Positions 1 through 9,130 of a DNA stretch of 64,000 bases are shown in pieces (position 1 is the first letter of the stretch; every line of letters starts with the position of its first letter). The notes under the pieces were generated by a model. It did no database searches. It had not been told where the DNA came from and saw nothing but the letters and a program-made list of their open reading frames with translations. The position numbers and the translations under genes were made by a program. This stretch comes from a virus, in the IMG/VR virus record IMGVR_UViG_3300021425_004462, positions 1-64,000 of that record; one strand, 5' to 3'.

Positions 1-54
1 AGCCTCTCTGGTGATTCTAGCCTCTCTGGTGATTCTAGCCTCTCTGGTGATTCT
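1..54 (+). repeat. 18-bp coding tandem repeat (SLSGDS)n, first tract, truncated
   Basis: agcctctctggtgattct x3. Confidence 0.95.
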
Positions 55-1815
55 ATAATACAGGAGACCGGACAAAAAAGTTGGTTTACATTTGATGCAG
101 CTCAAGTATTAGTTCCCAGCTCTGATAGCTATGAATATCGGATACGTTTTACGAATGCTAAATTTGACAAAGTAGCATTCCAAAGCGCTATAGATGTATC
201 TGCCTTTGATCAAATAAATTTGGACTTCTTGATAGTTAAAACTTCTTTTACAGGTGCAGCATCCCAAAATTATGGCAATGGAGAGTTTGGTTACCCGGTT
301 TTAGCTTACGATATGGTTAGAGAGTCTGACGAAACTTTGGCTTGGGAAGCGTCTGATAACGAAGGTTTGAATAATGCTGTTTTCAGTGGAGGAGCTTTCC
401 CTAATTCTGAAAATATTATTCAAGGCAGTTCAAATACTGGCGAGGAACCTTTTGGCTTTTGGTTGGGTGGAGAAGGTGTGAAAATAATTCTTAGGATTTC
501 CAATACAGATACGCAGGAATGGACAGATGTCTATGTATATCAAACAATTGTAGATGCTACAGTCGTTTATGGTTCAGGCAGTAACTCTGGTGACTCTAGC
601 CTCTCGGGTGACTCTAGCCTCTCGGGTGACTCTAGCCTCTCTGGGGACTCTAGCCTCTCTGGTGACTCTAGCCTCTCTGGTGACTCTAGCCTCTCTGGTG
701 ACTCTAGCCTCTCTGGTGACTCTAGCCTCTCAGGCGACCAAGATCCAGCTGTTGTCGCCGAAGAAACTATTGCAAACCCAGAAAACGTACTTGGCGTATC
801 AGGAAATAATGAAGTCGTTACATCTGTAGGTACTGCGAGGGGTTCTGATTTTGATAATATTACCGTTACTTCTGTAACAACACTTGGAAATGACATCTTA
901 AGTCTTTCGGCAGCATCTGCCTCTCTACCTAATTCATTATCTGGAAACAATTCCATTTTGTCATTTGGTACTAATGCAGGGAGTTATAGGAATGAAAATA
1001 AGTATTTTATAAATACTATGAGTCCTGTACTTATGCTTACTGCAGATTTGGGGCTTATAATTAAAGATTTGACAGGACAGAGAATTTATGGACTACAATA
1101 TATTTTTCAAACAACTGGAACTAGCGAAATTAATGTTGGCAGTCAGAGCATTAGCTTGACTTTTGCAGATGCAGATAATATGTTGGTTACAGATGTATTA
1201 ACACTACTTGCCGACAAATTGAATGAAACATGGAGTTTCGCAGTAATTAAGCTTGAAGCTGAAGAAGTCTCCGTTCCTGACTCAGGTACAGCTTTCGGAG
1301 ACCAATCAGGAGAAATCACGTTATCAGGATATACAAGTTCTGGACCAACAAATATAACTTGTGAAATTGTAACTGATACAAGCACAATTGGCCAAAACAC
1401 TTCATCATCAACTTCTATATCTACCGGAAGTTCTCTCATGCAGAATCCTGCAGATACTTTGTTTAAAATATATAAGCAACTTGACGATGGGCCAAGTTAT
1501 CATAACATAAGCGCAGGTTGGACCATTCAAGGCTCAGGTAGTTATGGAATCGGGGTTCATTTAGATGCAAATCATGTTATAATAATAAGTAGTGAAGCAG
1601 GAGACGCTATTTCAGGAGGAGGATCATTCAGTGATAAAGGCAGTAGCGGTTCAATTAACTCAAGCACATCATCAACCGCAACTTATTTTACTATCGATAA
1701 AGCTAAGGATCCAGCAGGATTTTTAGCAGATATTAAATCTTTATATCAAGCTCAGGATGGCGCAGCTACAGATAAGTGGTCTTATGCGATATTAAAAGTA
1801 ACTTCTGTTTCATAA
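1..1815 (+). CDS. Ser/Thr/Gly-rich putative virion (tail/fibre) protein, 5'-truncated by the window edge
   Basis: Frame 1 is open from base 1 (SLSGDSSLSGD...QINLDF) into the listed 220..1815 ORF; two SGDSSL repeat tracts; composition typical of phage structural proteins. Confidence 0.6.
   Translation, partial: SLSGDSSLSGDSSLSGDSIIQETGQKSWFTFDAAQVLVPSSDSYEYRIRFTNAKFDKVAFQSAIDVSAFDQINLDFLIVKTSFTGAASQNYGNGEFGYPVLAYDMVRESDETLAWEASDNEGLNNAVFSGGAFPNSENIIQGSSNTGEEPFGFWLGGEGVKIILRISNTDTQEWTDVYVYQTIVDATVVYGSGSNSGDSSLSGDSSLSGDSSLSGDSSLSGDSSLSGDSSLSGDSSLSGDSSLSGDQDPAVVAEETIANPENVLGVSGNNEVVTSVGTARGSDFDNITVTSVTTLGNDILSLSAASASLPNSLSGNNSILSFGTNAGSYRNENKYFINTMSPVLMLTADLGLIIKDLTGQRIYGLQYIFQTTGTSEINVGSQSISLTFADADNMLVTDVLTLLADKLNETWSFAVIKLEAEEVSVPDSGTAFGDQSGEITLSGYTSSGPTNITCEIVTDTSTIGQNTSSSTSISTGSSLMQNPADTLFKIYKQLDDGPSYHNISAGWTIQGSGSYGIGVHLDANHVIIISSEAGDAISGGGSFSDKGSSGSINSSTSSTATYFTIDKAKDPAGFLADIKSLYQAQDGAATDKWSYAILKVTSVS
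586..738 (+). repeat. 18-bp coding tandem repeat (SGDSSL), about 8.5 copies
   Basis: tctggtgactctagcctc units with only synonymous third-position variation. Confidence 0.95.
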
Positions 1816-1828
1816 AGCTATTTTTCAG

Positions 1829-1833
1829 GTGTA
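1829..1833 (+). promoter_or_regulatory. GTGTA putative phage promoter element
   Basis: GTGTA 18 nt before phoH ATG. Confidence 0.5.
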
Positions 1834-1851
1834 TCTATATTACAGATACCC

Positions 1852-2586
1852 ATGCCTCGCAGAAAAAAGAAACCCGAGATTATCGACGAGTCTGATATTC
1901 AGAAAATAGAAGCTGATTTGCATAAAACAAATATTAAATTAAAAAAGATCAGTCTAACTGAAAAACAGTTAAAGTTATTAAAAATTATCTTTGATAAAGA
2001 TAGTAAAATAATATTTATTAGTGGTCCAGCAGGAACAAGTAAAACATATATAGCAATATATGGTGCATTACAATTATATAACATGAATAATGATCGCGGC
2101 ATCACATATGTCCGCACAATTGCAGAAAGTGGCGAAAAGAGTCTTGGCGCATTACCTGGAGAAATGGCGGAAAAAATAAATCCGTACATGATGCCAATGA
2201 ATGAAAAGCTCGATGAATTATTGATTCCTGGTCAAGCGAGTACATTAAAAGATAAAGAAATTGTTAAAGGTATGCCAATCAACTACTTGCGTGGCGCTAG
2301 CTGGAAAAACGAAATTGTAATCGCGGATGAATCCCAAAATTTCACCTTCAAGGAGCTGACTACGTTGATGACTAGGCTTGGTGAAGGTAGCAAATTATTG
2401 ATTTGCGGCGACCCCATGCAGAGTGATATTAATGGAAAGAGTGGTTTCGCGGAAATGTACGCATTATTTAATGACGAAGATAGTCGTGAACAAGGAGTAC
2501 ATACTTTTTATTTTGGAGCAGAAGATATTAAAAGAAGTGAAATATTAAAATACGTAATACATAAAATACAATCTCATAAAAAATAA
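1852..2586 (+). CDS. phoH: PhoH-family ATPase
   Basis: GPAGTSKT Walker A, LGALPG, YLRGASW, DESQN, TRLGEGSK, GDPMQSD motifs. Confidence 0.93.
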   Translation: MPRRKKKPEIIDESDIQKIEADLHKTNIKLKKISLTEKQLKLLKIIFDKDSKIIFISGPAGTSKTYIAIYGALQLYNMNNDRGITYVRTIAESGEKSLGALPGEMAEKINPYMMPMNEKLDELLIPGQASTLKDKEIVKGMPINYLRGASWKNEIVIADESQNFTFKELTTLMTRLGEGSKLLICGDPMQSDINGKSGFAEMYALFNDEDSREQGVHTFYFGAEDIKRSEILKYVIHKIQSHKK

Positions 2587-2736
2587 ATATTTTTATATTT
2601 AGAAATATATATAATAATGAAATTTTTGATCGGTAAAAATTATTTTAAAACTTAAAGATTTAGTTATTGTTGATCAAAAAAAGCCTTAGGCGATGTTATT
2701 GCATGTAAGTTAATTTTAATTAATTCTTAAAAAAAG

Positions 2737-2741
2737 GTGTA
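2737..2741 (+). promoter_or_regulatory. GTGTA putative phage promoter element
   Basis: GTGTA 9 nt before ATG 2751. Confidence 0.65.
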
Positions 2742-2750
2742 AAATCTTTT

Positions 2751-3086
2751 ATGGCAACATTTAAAAGCTCAGGATCAATAACTATGAGTGAGGTTCGAAC
2801 GTTTTTGCGAACAAAAGGGGCTACTGTGCCTGATTATAATGTAAGTTTAGCGTCATTGTTTGCCACTGTAGCAAGTCAAGGTATAACAACTCCTGGCGGA
2901 AATACTTCTGCTCCACATGCTATGAGCGAATTTTATGGAATGAATTATTCCACAACTTCACCTGGAACTCCAATCATCACTCTTCTCGGAGAGTCAGAAG
3001 TAAACCTTGAGCCTGGTAGCGCCCTACCTCCTCATATTGATGGTATAGGGCCAGACGATATTACTATAGATATGCCATCAAGTTAA
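2751..3086 (+). CDS. Small virion/fibre-like protein ending in a partial Ig-like (DUF5011-type) motif
   Basis: N-terminus SSGSITMSE...APHAMSEFYG resembles phage fibre N-termini; PIITLLGESEVNLEPG resembles the start of DUF5011 domains. Confidence 0.5.
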   Translation: MATFKSSGSITMSEVRTFLRTKGATVPDYNVSLASLFATVASQGITTPGGNTSAPHAMSEFYGMNYSTTSPGTPIITLLGESEVNLEPGSALPPHIDGIGPDDITIDMPSS

Positions 3087-3105
3087 TAGGTGTCAGAAGC
3101 TAAAA

Positions 3106-3417
3106 GTGAATTTAATTATAGAATCTTGCTTATCAGAACCTCCGAGTGAAATTAGTTGCTTTCGTGATATTACATTATTTGCTCGAACATATATCTTTGA
3201 TGATATTTTACTAGAATGTCCACCAGGAACGCGCACTGCTTATTGGAATTGGTTAAAGAGTTACGGCGCGCATGATTTCATATCTTACCTCATAAGGAAC
3301 ACCGATACTGAGCAGGGATATACAATAAAAACGGCCAACGATGCAAATATCACCGTTGACCGTATTGATGTCCGAAATTTAAATAATATTATTGTACGCC
3401 TGAATTCTCTGAAGTAA
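3106..3417 (+). CDS. Hypothetical protein
   Basis: 103-aa ORF, GTG start 11 nt after a GTGTC variant motif (3090-3094). Confidence 0.6.
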   Translation: MNLIIESCLSEPPSEISCFRDITLFARTYIFDDILLECPPGTRTAYWNWLKSYGAHDFISYLIRNTDTEQGYTIKTANDANITVDRIDVRNLNNIIVRLNSLK

Positions 3418-3679
3418 CTTCAGGGGAATTATTTGCACTTTCTAGTAAATTTTTAAATTCTTCGTCAGATAAACCATCTACCGCTTGCTTGGCTCTGTTG
3501 ATCGATTGGCTTTGAAGTAACTGAATTAATGTATTTACTGGAACGCCAGATAGTAAATCCACAACTGTTGCATTTTTGAGTAAGTCATTTGCTACAAATG
3601 TAATTACCTTTTCGGTATCTTGTTCAGAATGTTCGTTAGTATTTGCTTGTTCGGTTTTTTCTGCTGTTTCTGTTGTCAT
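3389..3679 (-). CDS. Hypothetical acidic protein
   Basis: 96-aa ORF directly downstream of 3686..3892 on the same strand. Confidence 0.65.
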   Translation of the reverse strand: MTTETAEKTEQANTNEHSEQDTEKVITFVANDLLKNATVVDLLSGVPVNTLIQLLQSQSINRAKQAVDGLSDEEFKNLLESANNSPEVTSENSGVQ

Positions 3680-3685
3680 AATATA

Positions 3686-3892
3686 TTATTGTTGATTAAA
3701 TTGATTATTATATAATTGTTGATTGTTATTTCTATAAATTTGATTAGTGAATAAATTATGAAATAATACTTGTTGTTGTAGTCTATTGATTTCTTTATTT
3801 TGATGCTTTACTAATTCATTCTGATCCCATGCAAACCACATAATAAAAAACAAAGCCAATAATAGGCTCACGATAGTTAAATGATCATTCAT
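3686..3892 (-). CDS. Small single-TM protein with coiled coil
   Basis: MNDHLTIVSLLLALFFIMWFAW hydrophobic segment; ATG 3892 is 11 nt after a GTGTT variant motif (3904-3908). Confidence 0.6.
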   Translation of the reverse strand: MNDHLTIVSLLLALFFIMWFAWDQNELVKHQNKEINRLQQQVLFHNLFTNQIYRNNNQQLYNNQFNQQ

Positions 3893-3933
3893 TAAGTTAT
3901 AATAACACATTTTTTATAAAAATAAACTTATAA

Positions 3934-3938
3934 GTGTA
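3934..3938 (+). promoter_or_regulatory. GTGTA putative phage promoter element
   Basis: GTGTATAAT upstream of the 3971 operon (32 nt to ATG). Confidence 0.55.
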
Positions 3939-3970
3939 TAATAAATATAGTGGCATTAAAATAAAACAAA

Positions 3971-6616
3971 ATGGCAATATCAAAAGATCTTTCTAACATT
4001 TCTGCTCCGTTTTTCCCTGGTTGGTCTTGGGAAGTTCTCGAAACATATACAGGCGGCGGGGTGAATATAATTGATGATGGCGACTGCCGTTTTCACTTCC
4101 TAGTAGATATACCTAGCGATTTTCCTGGAGAATTTACTGGTGAAGCTGGAGATTTATTGACTCCCGGACTATTCAAACATGGGACCGAGAGGACGATTTC
4201 CTATAGATATTATACCAACTGGAGGTATCTAAGCGCATGGCACATCAGAAATGGAGCAAAAGCTAATGAGGGGGGGTTTGACAGGTTTTATAATAATATT
4301 TTTAGATGGAAAAATTTTTCGAACTCGAACATTAATGATTTTGATGCATGGGGAGACTATCTGGATGTTAATAGCCTTCCAAATACTACGTTACCTGATG
4401 GATATCCTGGTTTCGAGACAGCTGTTGTTTATGAGCAGGGTAATGCTACACTCGGCTTGCCTTATAATATGGGGGCAGACGCTGGCCCTAATAGCGACTT
4501 AAATCATAATTATCCTCCATATAAATATCATTGTGATGCTAGCGATTTGACCGATGTTCATGATATTGCAAAATATTTAGATAGACCCAATCCAGAGTCA
4601 ACTACAACATATACGCAGAATATGTCGACTTCTACTAATATGTTTGTGGACGCTTTTGACCTAGACCAGTCACCGGGCAAACCATCAAGTAATTCAAGTA
4701 CTTCTGACAAAGAAGCATGGATTCGCTCTAGGTTGCAAATAGGGCAATACGATATAACTTATAAAACATATTGGGGTCTTCCAACTGTAACGTACCAAGG
4801 AGAAATTACATGGATTATAAAAAATGTAACACCTCAGCATCTTTACGATCCGACTTTTTTGGGGGTATATCCTGAACCTTCTTTATATGCCTATATACTG
4901 ACTCCTGCAGAAATAAAGCCAGTAATATTGTATCCTTCCGCAATAAATTATGGTGGCGGCGACATAGAGTATAATCAACCATCTACCTCATTATCTCCAG
5001 GAGGCATACAGTTTTGGAGTAATGACGATGAGGTTTTGGCAGGATCAAGCGTTAGTTGGTGTGGTGGCGGTGGCGGTGGCGGCGGTACATCACCTTCTTC
5101 CACATATTATTCAGACGCAGGAGCAACTGCAGAAGATGGCCAAGGTAATAATATTACTTCATATATTACTAAAATAGTTCAAAAATATAATACAGGCACT
5201 AGCTCTTGGGATACAATCGCGGAAATTAATGATCCTCATGTAAATCCTTGGGATGTTCCTTATATCAGTAGACAAGAAGGGGATAAATATAAAATTATAT
5301 ACAATGTAAAAGATGTAAATAATATTGCAGCGGAGTCAAAAACTCGATTAATTAATATCATTACAACAAGTCTTGACTTACCTGACCCTCCTGACCCTGG
5401 GGAGTTCTTGGGTAATGACCCAAACTCTACAGTGAATCAAAGTAACTATGAGTGGTACGATTATGCATCGATTGACAATACAAACTTTTACGGCTATAAT
5501 ACTTCAGTTCCAGCTTTTAGGGGTTCTTGGGTAAGATATAGGCTTGATTCAACAGAGGACGCGACAGACAACTTTGGGGCATATGACGATTACGGTATGA
5601 GATATAATGTTGTCTTTCATGAGGAGCCTTTTAGTGACATCTTTGAGCATCTCGGATACGGGCACTCTATTTTTGGTGCCAACAGAAGATATTATACAAA
5701 AAAAATAATTGATTTGTGGTTCACGGACGGAGTGTATGCGCCTATGAGCGATGATGTAATAACGGGCGGAAATTACATTCAAGCTGATCATGCATTCCTT
5801 AGCCAGAGAATAGGCGATGAATCAGAATATGCTGTATCACTGCCTATCTACAATGAAGATGGCTCTAAAGACACAGATAGGATGGTCTTTGATTCCATTG
5901 CATCGTCATACCGCATGTCTTTTGACGGGTTTGATATGGATTTATGGCAGAATGGAACTACGATGCGTCCAGGCTTTAGAAATCCAGTTGCTCCAGATTT
6001 CTGGGATCTAAGTGACCTTGGTAGAAATGTTCAATGGTATGTATCAGAAACACTTTCGAGTGACGGTGAATTTTTTGAAGACCCTAATGATCCAAATGGA
6101 TATGGTATGGTTAACGGAAAAGAATTTGCGGGTATTGAAAATTATGATTTTTTATCTCTTGACGGATATATGTATTATAAAGGTGAGTTAAAGATGACTC
6201 TGGAGCAAGCACAGGCAATTAACCCAAATGTCAGTACTTATGGGTGGAATAAAAATAGTCTGACAGGCGAGGACGCTATATGGACAAGAAACGGTTCATC
6301 AGAAATTTACCGAACTTTTAGAAGAACCGTCGCTAGGAAACCTTTAAACTCTGACCATACTGTTCAAACTGTGGTAGACGCATTAAAGGAAAGACGTTCT
6401 AATAGAACAGTTACTGGCGTTATAGCTCACAACGGGTACCATACATTGCATATAGACGGAGCAATACAAAAGTTTCAATCTGGTGAGTGGTATTATCCAA
6501 GCAACAGTCCAATGTTTGGGAAAAATTATTCTAATGTAGATATAAGTTCACCTTGTTTTGCTAATAATCTGCAGGGTTATTACTATGCAAAAGATTTTAC
6601 AATAGGTTCAACATAA
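3971..6616 (+). CDS. Large putative virion/receptor-binding protein with Ig-like (DUF5011-type) domain; paralogue of next gene
   Basis: YSDAGATAEDGQGNNITSYI...YNVKD Ig-like motif, poly-Gly hinge, C-terminal module shared with 6624..8450. Confidence 0.6.
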   Translation: MAISKDLSNISAPFFPGWSWEVLETYTGGGVNIIDDGDCRFHFLVDIPSDFPGEFTGEAGDLLTPGLFKHGTERTISYRYYTNWRYLSAWHIRNGAKANEGGFDRFYNNIFRWKNFSNSNINDFDAWGDYLDVNSLPNTTLPDGYPGFETAVVYEQGNATLGLPYNMGADAGPNSDLNHNYPPYKYHCDASDLTDVHDIAKYLDRPNPESTTTYTQNMSTSTNMFVDAFDLDQSPGKPSSNSSTSDKEAWIRSRLQIGQYDITYKTYWGLPTVTYQGEITWIIKNVTPQHLYDPTFLGVYPEPSLYAYILTPAEIKPVILYPSAINYGGGDIEYNQPSTSLSPGGIQFWSNDDEVLAGSSVSWCGGGGGGGGTSPSSTYYSDAGATAEDGQGNNITSYITKIVQKYNTGTSSWDTIAEINDPHVNPWDVPYISRQEGDKYKIIYNVKDVNNIAAESKTRLINIITTSLDLPDPPDPGEFLGNDPNSTVNQSNYEWYDYASIDNTNFYGYNTSVPAFRGSWVRYRLDSTEDATDNFGAYDDYGMRYNVVFHEEPFSDIFEHLGYGHSIFGANRRYYTKKIIDLWFTDGVYAPMSDDVITGGNYIQADHAFLSQRIGDESEYAVSLPIYNEDGSKDTDRMVFDSIASSYRMSFDGFDMDLWQNGTTMRPGFRNPVAPDFWDLSDLGRNVQWYVSETLSSDGEFFEDPNDPNGYGMVNGKEFAGIENYDFLSLDGYMYYKGELKMTLEQAQAINPNVSTYGWNKNSLTGEDAIWTRNGSSEIYRTFRRTVARKPLNSDHTVQTVVDALKERRSNRTVTGVIAHNGYHTLHIDGAIQKFQSGEWYYPSNSPMFGKNYSNVDISSPCFANNLQGYYYAKDFTIGST
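6468..6515 (+). repeat. 48-bp exact direct repeat, copy 1 (copy 2 at 8293-8340)
   Basis: aaaagtttcaatctggtgagtggtattatccaagcaacagtccaatgt occurs in both paralogues. Confidence 0.9.
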
Positions 6617-6623
6617 AATAGTA

Positions 6624-8450
6624 ATGGCCACATCAACTTATATAGTCAAGGCTCAATATGGGCGTTTTATTATAGACAATAGTTCTTTTTTAGCTATTTT
6701 TATTCCTGCTGGGGGTAGTATAATTTTTGATCAAAGTGACGCAAGTAATGCTGGTCATCCTATTAAAATTTCTACTACAAAAGATGGAACACACGCAAGC
6801 GGAAGTGAATATACTACTGGAGTAGTTGTTACTGGCACCGCTGGTTCTGCTGGCGCAAAAGTTCAATTCACTCCAGAAACAGATGGTATTTATTACTACT
6901 ATTGCGGCAACCATCCTAATATGGGAAGCAGTATAAGTTTTATTAAAACCGTTTTCACTGATTTGGGCGCAACTGCATACGATGCAGATGAAGGGAATTT
7001 AACAACTTCAATAAAAAAAGAAGTATATAAAGGCGGTGATTTATTAGCTACAATTACAAGCCCTCACGTTAATCCATGGGAAGTCGCTAATATAAGCTTG
7101 CCTCCGACCGCAACAGAAAATGCATCTTATACCATAAAATATAATGTAACTGATGCCTCTGCCGCAGTCGCTCAAGAGTACGTAAGGAATATAAATATTA
7201 ATATCATTACCACCAACCTCGATTTACCTGATGAGCCTGAGCCTGGGGAATTTGTGGCGGCAAAGAGTAGTACTAGGTGGAGGCTTCAGACAAGGACTTT
7301 GGAGGTAGACTCATCCTATGGGGCAGGCACTTTGATGTGGAGAGAAATGTTGATTAAATATGAAGGAGGGTCAGACGAATTGGGAGATTATGGGACCACG
7401 CAATCAAGTAACGGTAGATATTATTTTTGGGTTCCAGAATTTGAACAAGGCGAGGGGTGGGGCGGGCAAGATAATGTTAGCGCTTTAAAGGGTCATAGTA
7501 ATTTATTTTCTAACAGAAGATTTCTGAATAAAAATGGTATGGATTTATTTTTTCCTTTTGGAATATATAAACCCATGAATAATGCTGCGCAAAAAGTTAT
7601 ATACGCGAGCAGAGGGAGTCCTCAATATCTTGACTTAACAAATAGGCATGGAACTAACATTTCTGACTATGTAGATAGTATAATTCCTGTGTATAATTAT
7701 GATGGGACTAGTGGTACTGATCCAAGTTCTAGCCAATTTTTGACTGTCAGTCAAGTCACCGACCCACCAGCATATGATGACTCCGAATACAGTATGACTT
7801 TTGATGGTTTTGATGCAGATTTATGGCAATTTTCAACAACTATGGTTCCTGGTTTTAGATATAAAACTGGATCAAGTGCGCAATACCACCTCCTTGGACA
7901 ATCTTACGAGTTATGGTACTCAAGGTCTTTTGCTAAAGATGGTGCATATAATGATTCGGGTGAAATACATAATATTCCCTTGGCGGTAGCAGCAGGCTTA
8001 GAATTAGAAAATAATCCTCACTTGGAGTTTGATGGCTATATGTATTACAGGGGAAATCAGGCAACAACTAGTGGCAGTGATGCTCCGATCGGCGACGAAC
8101 TATATGCGGGTAATAGCCATGATAGTACCACCTATAGAAGGTTTACTTATGATATAGCAAGAAAGCCGCTGGGTTCAGACCATACCTTGAAAACTGTAGC
8201 GGACGCTCTAAAAGAAAGAAGGTCTAATAGGACCGTCATTAAAAACCCAGCATATTCTAGGACCAGTTCTTACTGGATTGATGGAGCAGTAAAAAAGTTT
8301 CAATCTGGTGAGTGGTATTATCCAAGCAACAGTCCAATGTCTGGCACTAATTTTTCTAGTATAACCGCAAGCGCACCTTATTCTGTTGAGGGCAAACAAT
8401 TTCAAAATAGATACTATTTCGCAAAAGATTTCACAATAGGCTCAACATAA
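6624..8450 (+). CDS. Putative virion protein: cupredoxin-like N-domain + Ig-like domain + shared C-terminal module
   Basis: FDQSDASNAGHP...YYYCGNHPNMG; TDLGATAYDADEGNLT; ends AKDFTIGST like the upstream paralogue. Confidence 0.62.
   Translation: MATSTYIVKAQYGRFIIDNSSFLAIFIPAGGSIIFDQSDASNAGHPIKISTTKDGTHASGSEYTTGVVVTGTAGSAGAKVQFTPETDGIYYYYCGNHPNMGSSISFIKTVFTDLGATAYDADEGNLTTSIKKEVYKGGDLLATITSPHVNPWEVANISLPPTATENASYTIKYNVTDASAAVAQEYVRNININIITTNLDLPDEPEPGEFVAAKSSTRWRLQTRTLEVDSSYGAGTLMWREMLIKYEGGSDELGDYGTTQSSNGRYYFWVPEFEQGEGWGGQDNVSALKGHSNLFSNRRFLNKNGMDLFFPFGIYKPMNNAAQKVIYASRGSPQYLDLTNRHGTNISDYVDSIIPVYNYDGTSGTDPSSSQFLTVSQVTDPPAYDDSEYSMTFDGFDADLWQFSTTMVPGFRYKTGSSAQYHLLGQSYELWYSRSFAKDGAYNDSGEIHNIPLAVAAGLELENNPHLEFDGYMYYRGNQATTSGSDAPIGDELYAGNSHDSTTYRRFTYDIARKPLGSDHTLKTVADALKERRSNRTVIKNPAYSRTSSYWIDGAVKKFQSGEWYYPSNSPMSGTNFSSITASAPYSVEGKQFQNRYYFAKDFTIGST
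8293..8340 (+). repeat. 48-bp exact direct repeat, copy 2
   Basis: Identical to 6468-6515. Confidence 0.9.
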
Positions 8451-8464
8451 AACCAAGAATAAGT

Positions 8465-8947
8465 ATGGCAAATTTTAGAATAGATCAACTTCAACCTTTA
8501 GCTGCTAATAGTTTAGATGCTAGCAGCGATTTCTTAATAGTGCAAAAACCTAATGCGGGCACTTTCAAGATGAGCGCAAATAATTTAGTAAATAATAGTG
8601 CTCAAATTGGCATTGCTTTTTTAGAAAGCGCGCAAACAATAAATTCAAATCAAGGTGGGTTCCTTAGTTATGATGTTACAAACGCAGGAGTTCCGAGCTC
8701 GGCGAATAGTGTTTTTCTTTCTATTCAGCATAGAGGGGCTGCGCATCCAGAGATGAATTTCAGCTTTTATACCGCAAATCATAATGGCTCAGAGAATGCA
8801 TCCGCTAAGCATAATTTTATATTCAACGCTAGCACGGCATCGCAATGGACCCATAATTCACTATGGGTGCCTGTCATTAATCAAAATATTTATTACCACA
8901 TAAGTTCAGACAATACATGGCATGTCTTTCTTCACGCTTATATGTGA
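8465..8947 (+). CDS. Putative tail-fibre-associated protein
   Basis: MANFRIDQL...DFLIVQ...TFKMSANNL resembles fibre attachment N-termini; lies in the fibre operon. Confidence 0.5.
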   Translation: MANFRIDQLQPLAANSLDASSDFLIVQKPNAGTFKMSANNLVNNSAQIGIAFLESAQTINSNQGGFLSYDVTNAGVPSSANSVFLSIQHRGAAHPEMNFSFYTANHNGSENASAKHNFIFNASTASQWTHNSLWVPVINQNIYYHISSDNTWHVFLHAYM

Positions 8948-9099
8948 TGCCTGTCCCCTCTCCAAAACCTAAAGAAAAAAATAGCGAATTTATGAATCGC
9001 TGTATGACATATTTATCAGATAAAAAAGAATTTAAAAATGCGAAGCAAAGGGCTGCCGTTTGTTATCAGCAAATTACTCGTAAAAGTAAAAAGTCTTGA
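8947..9099 (+). CDS. Small basic phage protein with PxP..E..F..RC...QR.A.C module
   Basis: TGATG stop/start overlap; MPVPSPKPKEKNSEFMNRCM...QRAAVC. Confidence 0.65.
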   Translation: MPVPSPKPKEKNSEFMNRCMTYLSDKKEFKNAKQRAAVCYQQITRKSKKS

Positions 9100-9124
9100 C
9101 TTTATAAATAAAATTTGAGATAAT
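9096..9124 (+). promoter_or_regulatory. sigma70-type promoter, predicted leaderless
   Basis: TTGACT-N17-GATAAT, 6 nt before ATG 9131. Confidence 0.7.
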
Positions 9125-9130
9125 TCCAGT

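Noticed and set aside
554-956. Alternative-frame ORFs with VTLASL and SPERLE repeats
   Set aside because: Shadows of the stop-free 18-bp repeat; variation is synonymous only in the SGDSSL frame
2587-2736. Longest AT-rich intergenic gap as ncRNA, tRNA or origin
   Set aside because: No cloverleaf, stable hairpin or iterated repeat could be identified by eye
6300-8450. Possible diversity-generating retroelement (TR/VR pair) at the 3' ends of the paralogues
   Set aside because: Mismatches are not adenine-specific (several T/C synonymous changes), both copies are coding, and no reverse transcriptase is in the window
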